Source of the DNA: Octopus bimaculoides
Taxonomy: Eukaryota
Assembly: GCF_001194135.2 (NCBI RefSeq)
Contig: NC_068999.1
Span: 32,309,634 to 32,360,188, forward strand
Reading direction: 5' to 3'
Length of the DNA: 50,555 nucleotides
Numbering within the stretch: the first letter of the stretch is position 1; each line of letters begins with the position of its first letter. Position numbers and translations under genes: made by a program. Below, piece after piece: positions 36,646 through 48,179 of the stretch. A model generated the notes under the pieces. That model saw nothing but the letters and a program-made list of their open reading frames with translations, had not been told where the DNA came from and did no database searches.

Positions 36646-36691
36646 GACACCTGATGAAGGCTGGAGAGTATATCAGCCAAAACGTTATGTT
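36646..36691 (+). ncRNA. Type-I minimal hammerhead ribozyme-like motif (G12 to A)
   Basis: GACAC-CTGATGA-A-GGCTG(10 nt)CAGCC-AAAA-CG-TT-ATGTT: perfect 5-bp stem II, loop-less palindromic ACGT stem III, GUU site; 36679 is A where the core needs G. Confidence 0.7.
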
Positions 36692-36765
36692 AACAACAAG
36701 CATGATGAGGACAAATATCCATCAAATGTAAATAATGTAAATAATGTAAATAATGTAAATAATTT

Positions 36766-37010
36766 GGAAGGGCATCCAGCTGTAAAAACCATGCCAAAAC
36801 TGACCTCACTTGTGCTTGGGCCATGTAAACAGCACTTACTCCACTCTGCTGGGTGGTTGGTGTTAGGAAAGGCATCTAGCCATAAAAACCCTGCCAAAAC
36901 AGACAAAGAAGTTTGGTGCAGGCTCCTGCCAGGCCAGCGCCTGTCCAACCATCCAACCCATGCCAGCATGGAAGGCGGATGTTGAACGGTGATGATGATG
37001 ATGATGATGA
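36766..37010 (+). mobile_element. RTE 3' UTR fragment with (GAT)n tail
   Basis: ggtggttggtgttaggaaaggcatc...ccaacccatgccagcatggaaggcggatgttgaacggtgatgatg. Confidence 0.85.
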
Positions 37011-37704
37011 TATACATATATACACACACACATGCACACACACACACACACACACGCATACTCACACACACACATACATATCTATATTTACATTGATACA
37101 TACATATATACATCAAGGAAGTAAGCTGTAACTATTTCTATTGACATTGTCAAAGAAACAAAGAATAAAGATCAAGAATTGGTGGAAAACTAAAAAACCT
37201 CAGACAGCTTTATATGAAATTATGTTATCATGTGTGTGTGTGTGTGGATACATAGGTATGGTTATTTGTATGTATGCATGTATATATGTGTGTACATTTG
37301 TGTGTGTGCAGTGGGGAGAGTTTGTGTGTTTGTTCAATTGTTATTTGAAGAGCTGTGTTCAAGAAAAGAGAAATAAATATAACTCCGCCATTAATGCCAC
37401 ACCCATCATTATGACCACCACCACTACCATAACTACCCCAAACACCACCATTACCCTTACCAGCACTACCACCACCACCACTACCACTATCCCCCATTTT
37501 AACTATATTTCCTGTCATTCCCAGCTCCAAAGTATTAAACCACCTGATTTAATAAAGAGTTGGGTTGACTGTGTAGATGTGATGATCAAGCTCAAGTACA
37601 TAAGGACAGTTTGGTAAATATTGTCAATTCTACTGTGTCACAATTAACAGAATGAATATTTTATTTGTCAGACAACTTCCAACAATAGAAGTGGTTCTTC
37701 ATTG

Positions 37705-37800
37705 CTCTGAAACTACAACACAACAACAACAATACACTGTTGTGTGACATTTGTCTTTGATCAAATTTATTTTGGTTGAAGTTGTTTACAAAGCTTATTT
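37705..37800 (+). repeat. Dispersed repeat shared with 43060-43140
   Basis: aaactacaacaca...gtgac.tttgtctttgatcaaa...gttgtttacaaag in both. Confidence 0.65.
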
Positions 37801-38002
37801 CCAAGATTCTCTCTCAGTTCAGTTGAATCTCTAATGATAACTGACGTCCAGCATGCTTATAGTCACCGAATCACAGAGATACTGTTTTATCATCACCCAG
37901 CCATCCCCATACAGCTTCTACCTGTGTTTCTTTCAAGTAGCTTTGTTGAACGCCTCATTCTCTTGTCATCCAAAGTGTTTTAACTCTGGAATGAGGTTAT
38001 CT

Positions 38003-38215
38003 TCTATCTTTAACTTGTTTTGGTCAATGGACTGTGGCCATGCTGGGGCACTGCCTTGAAGGGTTTCAGTCAAATGAATCAATCCCAGTATATATATTTT
38101 TTATATATATTTATTCTATCAATCTCTTATGTTGAACCACTAAGCTATAGGGACATAGACAAACCAACACCTTTTAACAGGCAATTGTAGGAGGCAAATA
38201 CAAACACAAAGACAC
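38003..38215 (-). mobile_element. SINE family A, tail half
   Basis: ggactgtggccatgctggggcactgccttgaaggg...gaaccactaagctatagggac. Confidence 0.8.
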
Positions 38216-38225
38216 ATAGATAGAT

Positions 38226-38226
38226 A

Positions 38227-38310
<84 letters not shown>

Positions 38311-38480
38311 TTAACATCCGTTTTCCATGCTGGCATGGATTGGATGGTTTGACAGGAGCTGGCAAGCTAGAGGACTGTGCGCACTGCTTTGGCATGGTTT
38401 CTATAGTTGGATGCTTTTCTAATGCCAACCACTTGTATGGGTACATTTTATGTGGCACCAGCAGCAATGAGGCCACCAAA
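38226..38480 (-). mobile_element. RTE 3' UTR fragment with long (CAT)n tail
   Basis: (CAT)n-ttaacatccgttttccatgctggcatgg...aatgccaaccact. Confidence 0.85.
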
Positions 38481-39654
38481 TAATTTACAAAACAAGACCC
38501 CTCAACTGAGTGGGTGAGTAGTTTTGAGAAAGATGGTTTTGAACTGGATGACAAATATNNNNNNNNNNNNNNNNNNNNNNNNNNNNNNNNNNNNNNNNNN
38601 NNNNNNNNNNNNNNNNNNNNNNNNNNNNNNNNNNNNNNNNNNNNNNNNNNNNNNNNNNNNNNNNNNNNNNNNNNNNNNNNNNNNNNNNNNNNNNNNNNNN
38701 NNNNNNNNNNNNNNNNNNNNNNNNNNNNNNNNNNNNNNNNNNNNNNNNNNNNNNNNNNNNNNNNNNNNNNNNNNNNNNNNNNNNNNNNNNNNNNNNNNNN
38801 NNNNNNNNNNNNNNNNNNNNNNNNNNNNNNNNNNNTATATATATATATATATTGATCTTAAGTGAAAATGTTGTTGACAGTGACTTCGAAGTTTCAACCA
38901 GCAAATCCACACTCTTCTACAATGAAAAACAAGTTCTCAGCCTACTGTTTTCACCAGTTGCACTGAGAGATAAATGAGAAAGAATTGACCTTTTGATCTT
39001 TCTCAAGGCTTTCTTGTGGTCAAAATTTATATAGTAAAGAATTCCTATTGCTTTCATTGACCTAATTTAATTAGAAAACATATAAATACACAAGCAAATT
39101 TCAGTTGACCTCTTTCGGTCATCCAGTGTCTGGCAAAGAAGCAAGCTTTCTTGCTGTGCATGCAAATGTAGACTTCTTAACATTTCTATCTGCATACCTT
39201 CCTTTTATTCTGTCTTTCTCACTAGCACTCACAGATATGAAGCTACTATCATACACAATGAACCAAGAAACTAGAGACAAATATTTTACTGCATCTGTGT
39301 ATATGCAAGAAACTCAACGAAGTTATATATATCTTTTATATTGCAATGACTTGCATTATCGTCATCTTCAACATAGTAGCAACTTAGTAATTGATATATT
39401 AATAATGGCTATATTAATAATCGAGCAACTATTGTTCTTCAGTCATTTCTCTGATGCAGCCTCACATTGAACTTCATCGTTACATTTGGTAACCGCTGAC
39501 TAAAGAATTACAACCTTCTATTCAAAATACTTCTATTCAACCCAATAGCCTTCTTCTCAAACAAATACTGCAAAATTCATTAGACTGCACTTAACAGAAT
39601 TAGAACCTTCATAAGAAATTACCATTAAATTTCATCATTACAGAGATATATATA

Positions 39655-40462
39655 CGCAGGGTGCAATGGGAAATTGTCACCATCTTATATTTTTAATTTC
39701 ATGCATGCATAATTTGCATCGCTCTGCTAGAAATTTGGAAACAACATGCTGTACTGCTTGGCATTTATGCCGGAAGCTCCAATATGAACATTTCAGAGTG
39801 TTTTGGTGTCAATTTGAGGACAGTGCAATATGAGGACATGTACCAACAGTGATAAAAATCAAACATCCAGTCAACATCATGGTGTTTGGAGTGATCACTA
39901 GTGATGGTGACGTTATGCCTCAGTTCATTTTCTCACATGGCCTCAGACTTAACACAGTGGCCTACATCAAGTGCCTGGAGGAGATAGTGTTTCTCCCGGT
40001 CAAGAGGGTGGCTGCTGGAAGACCCTATATCAGGCAACAGGACTCTGCACCATGCCACACAAGCAGGACAACCTAGTTGTTGCAGTCAGACAATTTCTAC
40101 AATCACATCACCCCTAACATCTGGCCACATAACTTCCCACACTGCAACCCCCTTGATTATTATGTGTAAGGCACAGCTGTGCAAGAGACCAACAAAACTC
40201 CTTGTAACACCAAAGATGAACTGTAGGCAAAGGTTATGGCAGCATTCACCAACTTAAACAAAGAGACCACCCAGAAGAGTTGCAGGAGATTCTGAAGTCG
40301 TCTGGAGGCCATGATTTTGACCAATGGCGATTTTATTGAATAAATTTACTAAAGTATTTCAAGATATTTTAATGTAATTTTGGTAAATATATCCCTTAAA
40401 ATGAGATGTCCGTGTTATTTTCATTTTTACATAATTTAGATGACAGTTTATTCACTGCACCC

Positions 40463-40466
<4 letters not shown>
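39655..40466 (+). mobile_element. Internally deleted Tc1/mariner-superfamily transposon, pseudogenised DDD domain
   Basis: TA flanks, imperfect TIRs cagggtgca..g.a.a.a.tgtca; KHPVNIMVFGVITSDG, QQDSAPCHTS and WPxNxPxCNPLDYYV motifs with stops. Confidence 0.9.
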
Positions 40467-40505
<39 letters not shown>

Positions 40506-40674
40506 CCAAGAGAGTTAGAGGTTGTGAATCCAACCAACTAAAGGATTATATCTATCCAATATACTTCTGGTGGAATACCCAATTATTAATACACAAGTGT
40601 TTTTTCATTGCAAGACAATTACATTACCGAGTGTAATAAATGGGTGAGGGTAAAAAGTTATTTTACCCTTAATT

Positions 40675-41446
40675 TATATAGCAATAAGAAAATGGAGGGG
40701 ATCAAGAGTTGGTATTCATCAACTTATAGACATTATATTATGTCTATTTATTTATTTTTTAAAAAAGACAATTACAGCAATATACATACATGAATAACAT
40801 ATTATGCTTTACATATATAGTGTATAGAATATAAAATATAAAAATACCAGTAATTATTAAAATATATAACGAAGAATATAGAAAATAGGATAAAATCTTA
40901 CAGCTGTTTCAGCCAAGCGACCATAGTACCCCATTCAGTGAACTGAAGTATTTGGTAGATAAGATTAAGGTACCTGGGTGTGTCTCTGGGCTTTGTCAGA
41001 GAGTTTAGAAAGTTCATAAGGTTAAGTTATAGATATAAATACATACATATATACATACTTTTACATATACACATATATACATAAATATACATAAACACAT
41101 ATACGTATATTAAAATGTATATGCATATGTATATGCATACATATTACATGTGTTGAGAAGGGAGTATTATTGCAGCAGTTTGTATTATTCTTTTTATATA
41201 ATTATAATAATTCTACACAAACATATATATATATTCCTATATTTTCTACATTATATATTTTAATAATTACTGGTATTTTTATATTTTATATTTTATATAT
41301 TATATATGTAAGGCATAATATGTTATACATGTATGTATATTGCTATGATTGTCTTTTTAAAAAAATCAATAAACAGACATAATATAATGTCTAAAAGTTG
41401 ATGAATAACAACTCTTGATCCCCTCCATTTTCTTATTGTTATATAT
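40675..41446. repeat. Fold-back: ~215-bp inverted arms (40675-40890 and 41226-41446) around a ~335-bp spacer
   Basis: Arms share aataagaaaatggaggggatcaagagtt...gacattatattatgtct...ataccagtaattattaaaatatataa with few mismatches; also visible in ORFs 40608+ and 41366-. Confidence 0.92.
40891..41007 (-). ncRNA. Type-I hammerhead ribozyme-like motif with long stem II (G8 to A)
   Basis: Minus: TAAACTCT-CTGACAA-AGCCCAGAGAC...GTCGCTTGGCT-GAA-ACAGCTGT-A-AGATTTTA; stem I 7/8, stem II 9/11, palindromic stem III, GUA site. Confidence 0.65.
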
Positions 41447-41493
41447 ATATGTGTTTATGTATATATGTCTGTCTGTCTGTATGTATGTATGTA

Positions 41494-41762
<269 letters not shown>

Positions 41763-42000
41763 CTCAGTTAATCTTTGTTGAAATTCAGAAACTTCCTAAG
41801 AATATCCACCGATAACCCAAAACGCATTTGAAAGGTTAACAATAGCACTGGTTTCATTGCCTGACCAGTAGAGAATTGTGTCTTACAATATTCTGGATAT
41901 CAGACACACAATCTTGATATCTTTGCTTGCTGGAGAATTTCAGTTTTGTGAAAGAGACAAACTATTGGAATGTACTTCATGAATAGTGACCACATCTCAC

Positions 42001-42144
42001 CACCCTGGAATCTCTGCAGATCCTATGGCCTTAGCAAATGCCGGTATAACACTGAGCCTTTCATTTGAGACAGTGTTGGCAGCAGATGGACCTTGAGGCA
42101 AACGGATCACACCAACTTCAGCAGGAAGTAAAACAACACTCCAA
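42001..42144 (-). CDS. Candidate coding exon, product unknown
   Basis: ctaat branch plus tttgtctttcttgacaaAG acceptor, TG|GTGAGA donor; 144 nt phase 2-2, WSVVLLPAEVGVIRLPQGPSAANTVSNERLSVIPAFAKAIGSAEIPG; in-frame stops just outside both ends; T/A-biased third positions. Confidence 0.35.
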
Positions 42145-42336
42145 CTTTGTCAAGAAAGACAAATGATTAGACGGTGATAAATAACAGAAGTGATGGATGT
42201 GTTCTTTACATAATTCTAACCCCACAAACCTACAATCTCTCAGAATTTGTTCTCTATACACACAGACACAGACACACACACACACACACACACACACAAA
42301 TTTATCCAGCAGACAATGATCTACACAAGTTTAAGA

Positions 42337-42944
42337 CAGTGGTTCTTAATTGAGGTCCACATGACCTTGGGAGTCCATATAAGATTTTGTTGTTAAACTT
42401 TATCTGCAAAAATGGGTAGATGGTAAAGATCCTCTTTGGTCATGAATGACCATGGGATTGCACCTAGAAAGTTTCCCTGCAAGGTACAAGTCCAGGCAAG
42501 TTTATGTATGGAAGCCCAACAGTAACCCATGCATACCAGCCTCCCCTCTCTATGCCACCAATGTTATCCAAGGAAAAGCAAAGGCTGATACAGTTTGGCA
42601 CCAGTGATATTGTAATGCAACTCTACAGCTGAGTGAACTGGAACAACATGAAATAAAGTGTCTTGCCCAAGAACACAATACAGAGCCAGCTCCAGGAATC
42701 AAACTCACTACCTCATGATTATGAGCCTGGTACTCTAACCACTGAGCCATGTGCCTTCATCTGCAATAAATTGGTTATACTTCTACAGTACACAAAATAT
42801 TCTAATATTTATTTTTATGCAATTCCTAATAATATTTAATAATAAAAATACCATAGGATTTTTTTTTATATATATATCAAATGGTTAGCAGGGTCCATCC
42901 AAGTAAAATAGGAATCAAAGAGGTCCATACATAGAAGACCACTG
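42337..42944. mobile_element. hAT-like MITE (CAGTGGT.CT ends) with nested SINE
   Basis: cagtggttct ... agaccactg; 8-bp flanks gtttaaga / gtttaaac (6/8). Confidence 0.7.
42411..42758 (-). mobile_element. SINE family C, full length with 8-bp TSD
   Basis: Flanked by atctgcaa (42403-42410, 42759-42766); head gaaggcacatggctcagtggttagag, core gggcaagacactttatttcatgttgttccagttcactcagctg. Confidence 0.88.
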
Positions 42945-43579
42945 GTTTAAACTAAACAGCAATCAGTCATACCAGCCTGAGAGGCACTGCAGAAGTGAAG
43001 GATATCACATTTATACCTCCTCTTCCTTCCTCTACGTTACCTCCCCTGCCTATTTCTTCTCTAAAACTACAACACAGCTTATAATAAAGTGACGTTTGTC
43101 TTTGATCAAAGTGATTTGTATTGGAGTTGTTTACAAAGTTGTTATGAAATATCCTCTCATCATAAGTAATATTTACCTCTTTAGGCATACAATGGAATAA
43201 TGTGGTGTGAGTGAAAGTGGGAGTGAGTAGATAAGAAAGGAAATGAGGGGGTGAAGGACAGTATGAAAGAGTAAGTGAAACATTAAATGAATGAGTATTA
43301 ACAAGAAGAGGGAGAATGTGAGGCAAAGGAAGAGAAAGAAGAAGAAGAAGAGGAGGAGAGAGACAGAGACAGAAAGACAGACAAAATTGAAAGGAAGCAG
43401 TTGATTCAAGAAGATGAAAGTTTCATTTTTAATGAAAGGAAGCTGAAAATATATTGACCTGATCTTAATATTTGGAAGATATTCAATGTTGACTATGTTA
43501 GAGGTAGATACACCAGGGTGTATGATACAGTGACTGGTTCAATTACAGTGCCAGATCAATGATTGTTTACATAACCACT

Positions 43580-43705
43580 TAGCAAGCATCCATCAATCCA
43601 TCCATCCATCCACCCATCCACCCATCCATTCATCCATCCATCCACCCATCCATCCATCCATCCATCCATACATACATATATACATACATACTTACATACA
43701 TACAT
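43580..43705. repeat. (CCAT)n-(ACAT)n microsatellite
   Basis: Seen directly. Confidence 0.95.
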
Positions 43706-43912
43706 ATGAGAGAAAGAGAAAATAGAATTCACAAGATTATGTAGTAACCACAACAACCATTTCAACCCATGTTGTATTGGTCCTAGTGGTGAGATGCTAT
43801 ACAACTGGTTATGGTGCATCCTTCAGGGTAGATGTGCCTAGTCAAGTAGACAGTGAAAGCACTTTAAATGTATACCTGAATTACGTATGCAAATATACAT
43901 ACATATACGCGC

Positions 43913-43963
<51 letters not shown>

Positions 43964-44051
43964 GTACTGTTCTATGATGGTAAGATCAACAAAAAAGTAC
44001 TCCATCTGGTGAAAGATAAATATTATTTAATAGACACAATACATGTTTTTA

Positions 44052-44106
44052 TGTGCTACTAATACTTTCATATGTTGAGAAATACCTCAAACATTCATCA
44101 GGCACA
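44052..44106 (-). ncRNA. Degenerate type-I hammerhead-like motif beside the Penelope-like remnant
   Basis: Minus: TGTGC-CTGATGA-ATGTTTGAGG(tatt)TCTCAACAT-at-GAAA-GTATTA-GTA-GCACA; stem I 5 bp, GUA site, stem III mismatch at 15.2, 2 extra nt before GAAA. Confidence 0.5.
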
Positions 44107-44281
44107 AACCACATGTCTTAATGAACTAAAAATTGAATGAGAGAGGAAGGACAAAAAGTTGAGAAGGAAGCACATAGAAAATGTGGAAAGTTAAAAAACA
44201 GAAAATAAACTGGAAAACACAAAAGTAAAATTTAAAAAGTAAAGAAGGTAAAAGAGTTATCTTCCTCAGATCTTAAATTAT

Positions 44282-44572
44282 AAGTGTTAGGACCCAGGAT
44301 CTTGTTCATTTGACCAACACTGTATGATTAAATCTCTCATATATGAAGCAGAAGTTACTGCAATGCTAGATGATAACACAACAGATAAGAAGACATATAT
44401 TGGATTATGTGAAGGAGAATTTGAAAATTGCTATGCCAATAACATAGCCTCCTTCTGGGGTAAGGATAAAAGCAAAGCTACTAAATTGGCTAACCACATG
44501 TGGATGTTGAAATCTAATGCAACACCACATGTGATTAAGTGGAAAATAATTGAAAAATTCACACCTTATATA
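44282..44572 (+). mobile_element. Penelope-like element GIY-YIG endonuclease remnant
   Basis: C*DPGSCSFDQHCMIKSLIYEAEVT...TYIGLCEGEFENCYANNIASF...TKLANHMWMLK...IKWKIIEK (Cys motif, IY...YIG, EF, H/W motifs). Confidence 0.8.
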
Positions 44573-44829
44573 TATATATATGTATAATAATATATAATAA
44601 TAATATATATGTATATATATATGTATAATAAGTGCAGGTGAGGCTGCACTATTAGATGTGATTTCCCAACAAATTGCTATCTTTTACTTGTTTCAGGTAC
44701 TTAGACTGTGGCCATGCTGGGGCATTGCCTTGAAGAATCTTTAGTCAAATGAATTGACTTTTAATTTGTAAAGTTTTTTCTTGGTTGATGAAAGCCAAGT
44801 ACAATAGTTTATTTTGGACCAGATACTTC

Positions 44830-45690
44830 TCACTAGGTAAATGGCATCTGTGGCACAAAACCAAATTGCATCTCAAGTAGTTTAATTTTATTCCTAATCA
44901 ATTGCGTTATAACTCTTTCTTTATTTTTCACAACCTGGTCCAGCAGTTTGATACCTCTGTAGTTGTTTCTATCTAAGGTATTACCTTTACCCTTGTAGTA
45001 GCTAACTATAATGCTACTACACCAGTCATCGGAGATGGTGCCTTCCTGGATAACTTGATTAACTATGCAAGTAACTAGGCCACATCCTACTCCACCAAAT
45101 ATTTTAAGCATCTCAGTAGTGATTCCTGTCTTCATATCTTTAATTGCCTTAACTTTGATGGTTGGTCCCTCAGTTGGTTCTGCATTTGAACGACTCTCCT
45201 TCTTCCATGCATTCTCTGCATCCAGCAACCTTTCATAGTTGCAATTCCATGCATCTTTCTTCACTGAATTGCTAGGTGCAAACATACCATTACCCACTTG
45301 CACACATTTCTCACCCACCACATCTCCTTTCTCTCTGATACACTGCTTTGCAATCCTGAACACCTCACACTTCTGATCCTCATGCTGTAGAATGCAGGCA
45401 AATCTCTTACCTCCTGCTATTCCTTTTATTATGTGAACCTGTCACCTAGCTTCTCTTTGTTTACCAGATATAATTCTCTGCTTCCACCATTTTTCCCATC
45501 ATTCTAGGCCTGTCTCTTTGCTTTTATAGCACTGTCTACTTCCTTGTTCCAGCACTATGTCACTCTCAGCCTGGCTAGGACTTTGCATCTACCACAGATT
45601 TGGTCTGTAACCCACAGTAGATTGTCCCACAAGAGCTTCCAATGTTCTCTAAGCTATATGCCCCCAACTCCTCCTCATTCTCATTCTTTT
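44830..45690 (-). mobile_element. RTE LINE internal fragment (linker plus RT N-terminus), decayed
   Basis: DWCSSIIVSYYKGKGNTLDRNNYRGIKLLDQ...EMQFGFVP matches the W...YKGKG...NYRGI.LL...QFGF motif. Confidence 0.9.
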
Positions 45691-45919
45691 TCACATGTCC
45701 TACCCACTAAAAAAAAGTACATCTCTCCCTCACATCTTTTTTCAATGCACTGTGCTTCTGCTTATCTGTCTCTCTCTCCCTACTCCTGCAGCCCAATCTT
45801 GTCCTCACTGCCCTGCCCACTATATCATTGCTATCCTGTTGTCCCTCCCTCTTTGCATTCACATGAACTCCCTACTCATGTAATCTTAGCAACGCTATAC
45901 CATCCATTTATGTTTTCAC

Positions 45920-46340
45920 ATCATCATCATTTAATGTCCATTCTTCCATGCTGGCATGGGTTGGATGGTTTAACAAGCACTGACAAACCAGAGAGCTGGC
46001 TTGATCTACAGTGACTGCTTTGGTATGGTTTCATCAGTTGGATGCTCTTTCTAATGCCAGTCACTTTACAATGTGCTTAATGTATACAGTGTTTAAGTAA
46101 AAAAAAGACACCAATGATAAAATACAGAAGTGTTAAAACAGTGCTAGCGCAGATGTCACATAGAAAGCACTAAGTCCAGTTTGTAAATTGGTCAGCATTA
46201 AGAAGGGCATCTAGCCATGAAAACAATGCCACAACAGACAGTAGAGCTCGGCCCAGTTCTCTGGCTTACCAGCTCCTGTCAAACTGTCCAACTTATGCCA
46301 GTATAGAAGATGGATGTTAAATAACAATGATGATGAAAAG
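45920..46340. mobile_element. Two divergent RTE 3' UTR fragments (45920-46085 minus; 46140-46340 plus)
   Basis: catcatcatttaatgtccattcttccatgctggcatggg, and ttagaagggcatctagc...gccagtatagaagatggatgttaaa. Confidence 0.75.
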
Positions 46341-46463
46341 TAAGCAGAGAAACAGCTATAAAGAAGACATGGTGCATAGGCATTTCAGAAATAACATTGG
46401 TGGATTTCTGGAAGCATGGAATGTTTGTAAGATACATTGTTCCAACAGCTAACAACTAACATA

Positions 46464-48035
46464 CCGTAAAAACCCATGTAATCTGTGGACCTGTGTAATT
46501 TATGCAGGTGATTTTCAGGATAAAAATTGTGAAAAAAAAAGCTTCTACTCATGTAAAATTCACACCCAAAGGTTTTCAGAATTGCCAATATGGCCAGTGG
46601 AGAAAGGCTTTCAATTTAGTTGTATTTAGCATAATTTCACTTAGTTATGATTAGATCTTATTAAATTTTCATGAAAATAAAAATAATTTCTGTTTAACAG
46701 GAATCACATTGAAAGCTATTAAATTATGAAGTGTTTGTGTTGTTTATAGTAAACTTTATTTTACATTTCTTGCTCACAAGAGATTATATCCAATCTTTAG
46801 CATACTGCTGTATGTATTCTCAAATCACGATCACAAGAAAAGTTGCTGATAATTCTTATCAACAAAAACAAAGCTGATAAATATGCATAAGTTGCAAAAT
46901 AAGTTTAGTTACCAATAAACATCAGCTTGGATGACACTTTACTCAACCGACAGAGGAAGGTGACCAATCAAACTGATTATGCAAACAGAATTCTGATTGG
47001 CTGAAAGAGGTCTTCTTGTCTTGAGCTCTGATTTTCTGCCTATTCTTGTTGGAACCTTTGATACGGAGTATCAAAATTTTAATCCCTTTCACACTTATAA
47101 AATGTCAAGCAAACTTAAATTTGTCATTACTGTTTTGGCCAGGAGACCAAACTGATAGCTTGGTAACCTGCTAAAATAAACATTAAAAATTGAAAGGAGA
47201 AAATAAACAGCTTTGCAAGTTTAACTCAGTGTTTATTGAACAAGAGAGGTGCAAAATTTAAGAAGCGACTTGTTAGAATATACACGTCTGCAAGGAGACA
47301 AACAAAAATAGCAAAAATCTACCATACCAAAAGAACTGGTAATACATACATTACAAGTGTTATATTAAGAGAACATATGATTGCTGCATAATTCAGCGTG
47401 AATGTGAAATGACATTAAACATTGTATTAGATAAATGAAGGTTTCTGTAGAAACACTAAATCATATTCACATAGTGAGTTTACGTGCGCAAGGATGAATT
47501 ATGATGTTGTCATCAGCATTAGATGCAGTAAGAGCTGGTAGTGGCAATGTCAGCAGTGATGAATTTTATTGTCCTAATGCAGAGAAAGTGAGCAATAGTT
47601 TCCTAGAAGTAACACAAGCTAAACTTCTTAAGCAGAGAAAAACTGATCTATTAAAGAAATTGCTGGGCTCCATTGTGATAGGTAGAAACTCCAAGCAATG
47701 TAAAATATAGCCCAGACCGTGATTACCAGCATGAATGTCAAACTTCAAAAAGTAGTTAACCATTTAATGGTTTTAGTAAATTTATACAGAAAAAGTAAAC
47801 CCTATACCATCCAGCATAAATAAAAGTCAACTTCATAATATTTCTTCTGTAAAAACCTATTCTGACATTAAATAAGTCAACTTCCAGTATGAATGTTTAC
47901 ATTTGTACGTCATTTTTCAACAAAAAAATTTCTAAATAAATTCTGGAAACGATCTACTCATGCAATTAACACACCTGCTAAAGTTTATTTTTGTTTTTGC
48001 GAAAAATATTGCAAAAATTACATGGATTTTTATGG
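46464..48035. mobile_element. Possible non-autonomous Tc2/pogo-like element defined by 18-bp inverted termini
   Basis: TA-ccgtaaaaacccatgtaa ... ttacatggatttttatgg-TA (16/18); no transposase seen inside. Could instead be two separate short MITEs. Confidence 0.4.
46955..47010. promoter_or_regulatory. Candidate promoter/enhancer: two opposed CCAAT boxes around an octamer-like site
   Basis: gaCCAATca, attATGCAAAc and ctgATTGGctg within ~45 bp of non-repetitive DNA. Confidence 0.25.
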
Positions 48036-48179
48036 TAAGTTATTATTTTCATGCTTCAACAATTCTAAGTGTGAAAAAATGCTTCTGAAAGCCATGGAGA
48101 CTGCATTGCTTCTTGATTTTACAATGTGTCCATGGATTGCTGAAATACTGAATTAAAAAGTCGGCTAAAGTTGTAGGAA

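Noticed and set aside
39105-39470. 121-aa plus-strand ORF
   Set aside because: Starts at a non-ATG codon, has no recognisable motif and no supporting splice structure.
43735-43860. Minus-strand exon candidate with good splice sites
   Set aside because: All three frames contain stops.
47501-47763. Overlapping short ORFs on both strands
   Set aside because: No homology recognised, and lengths are within chance expectation.
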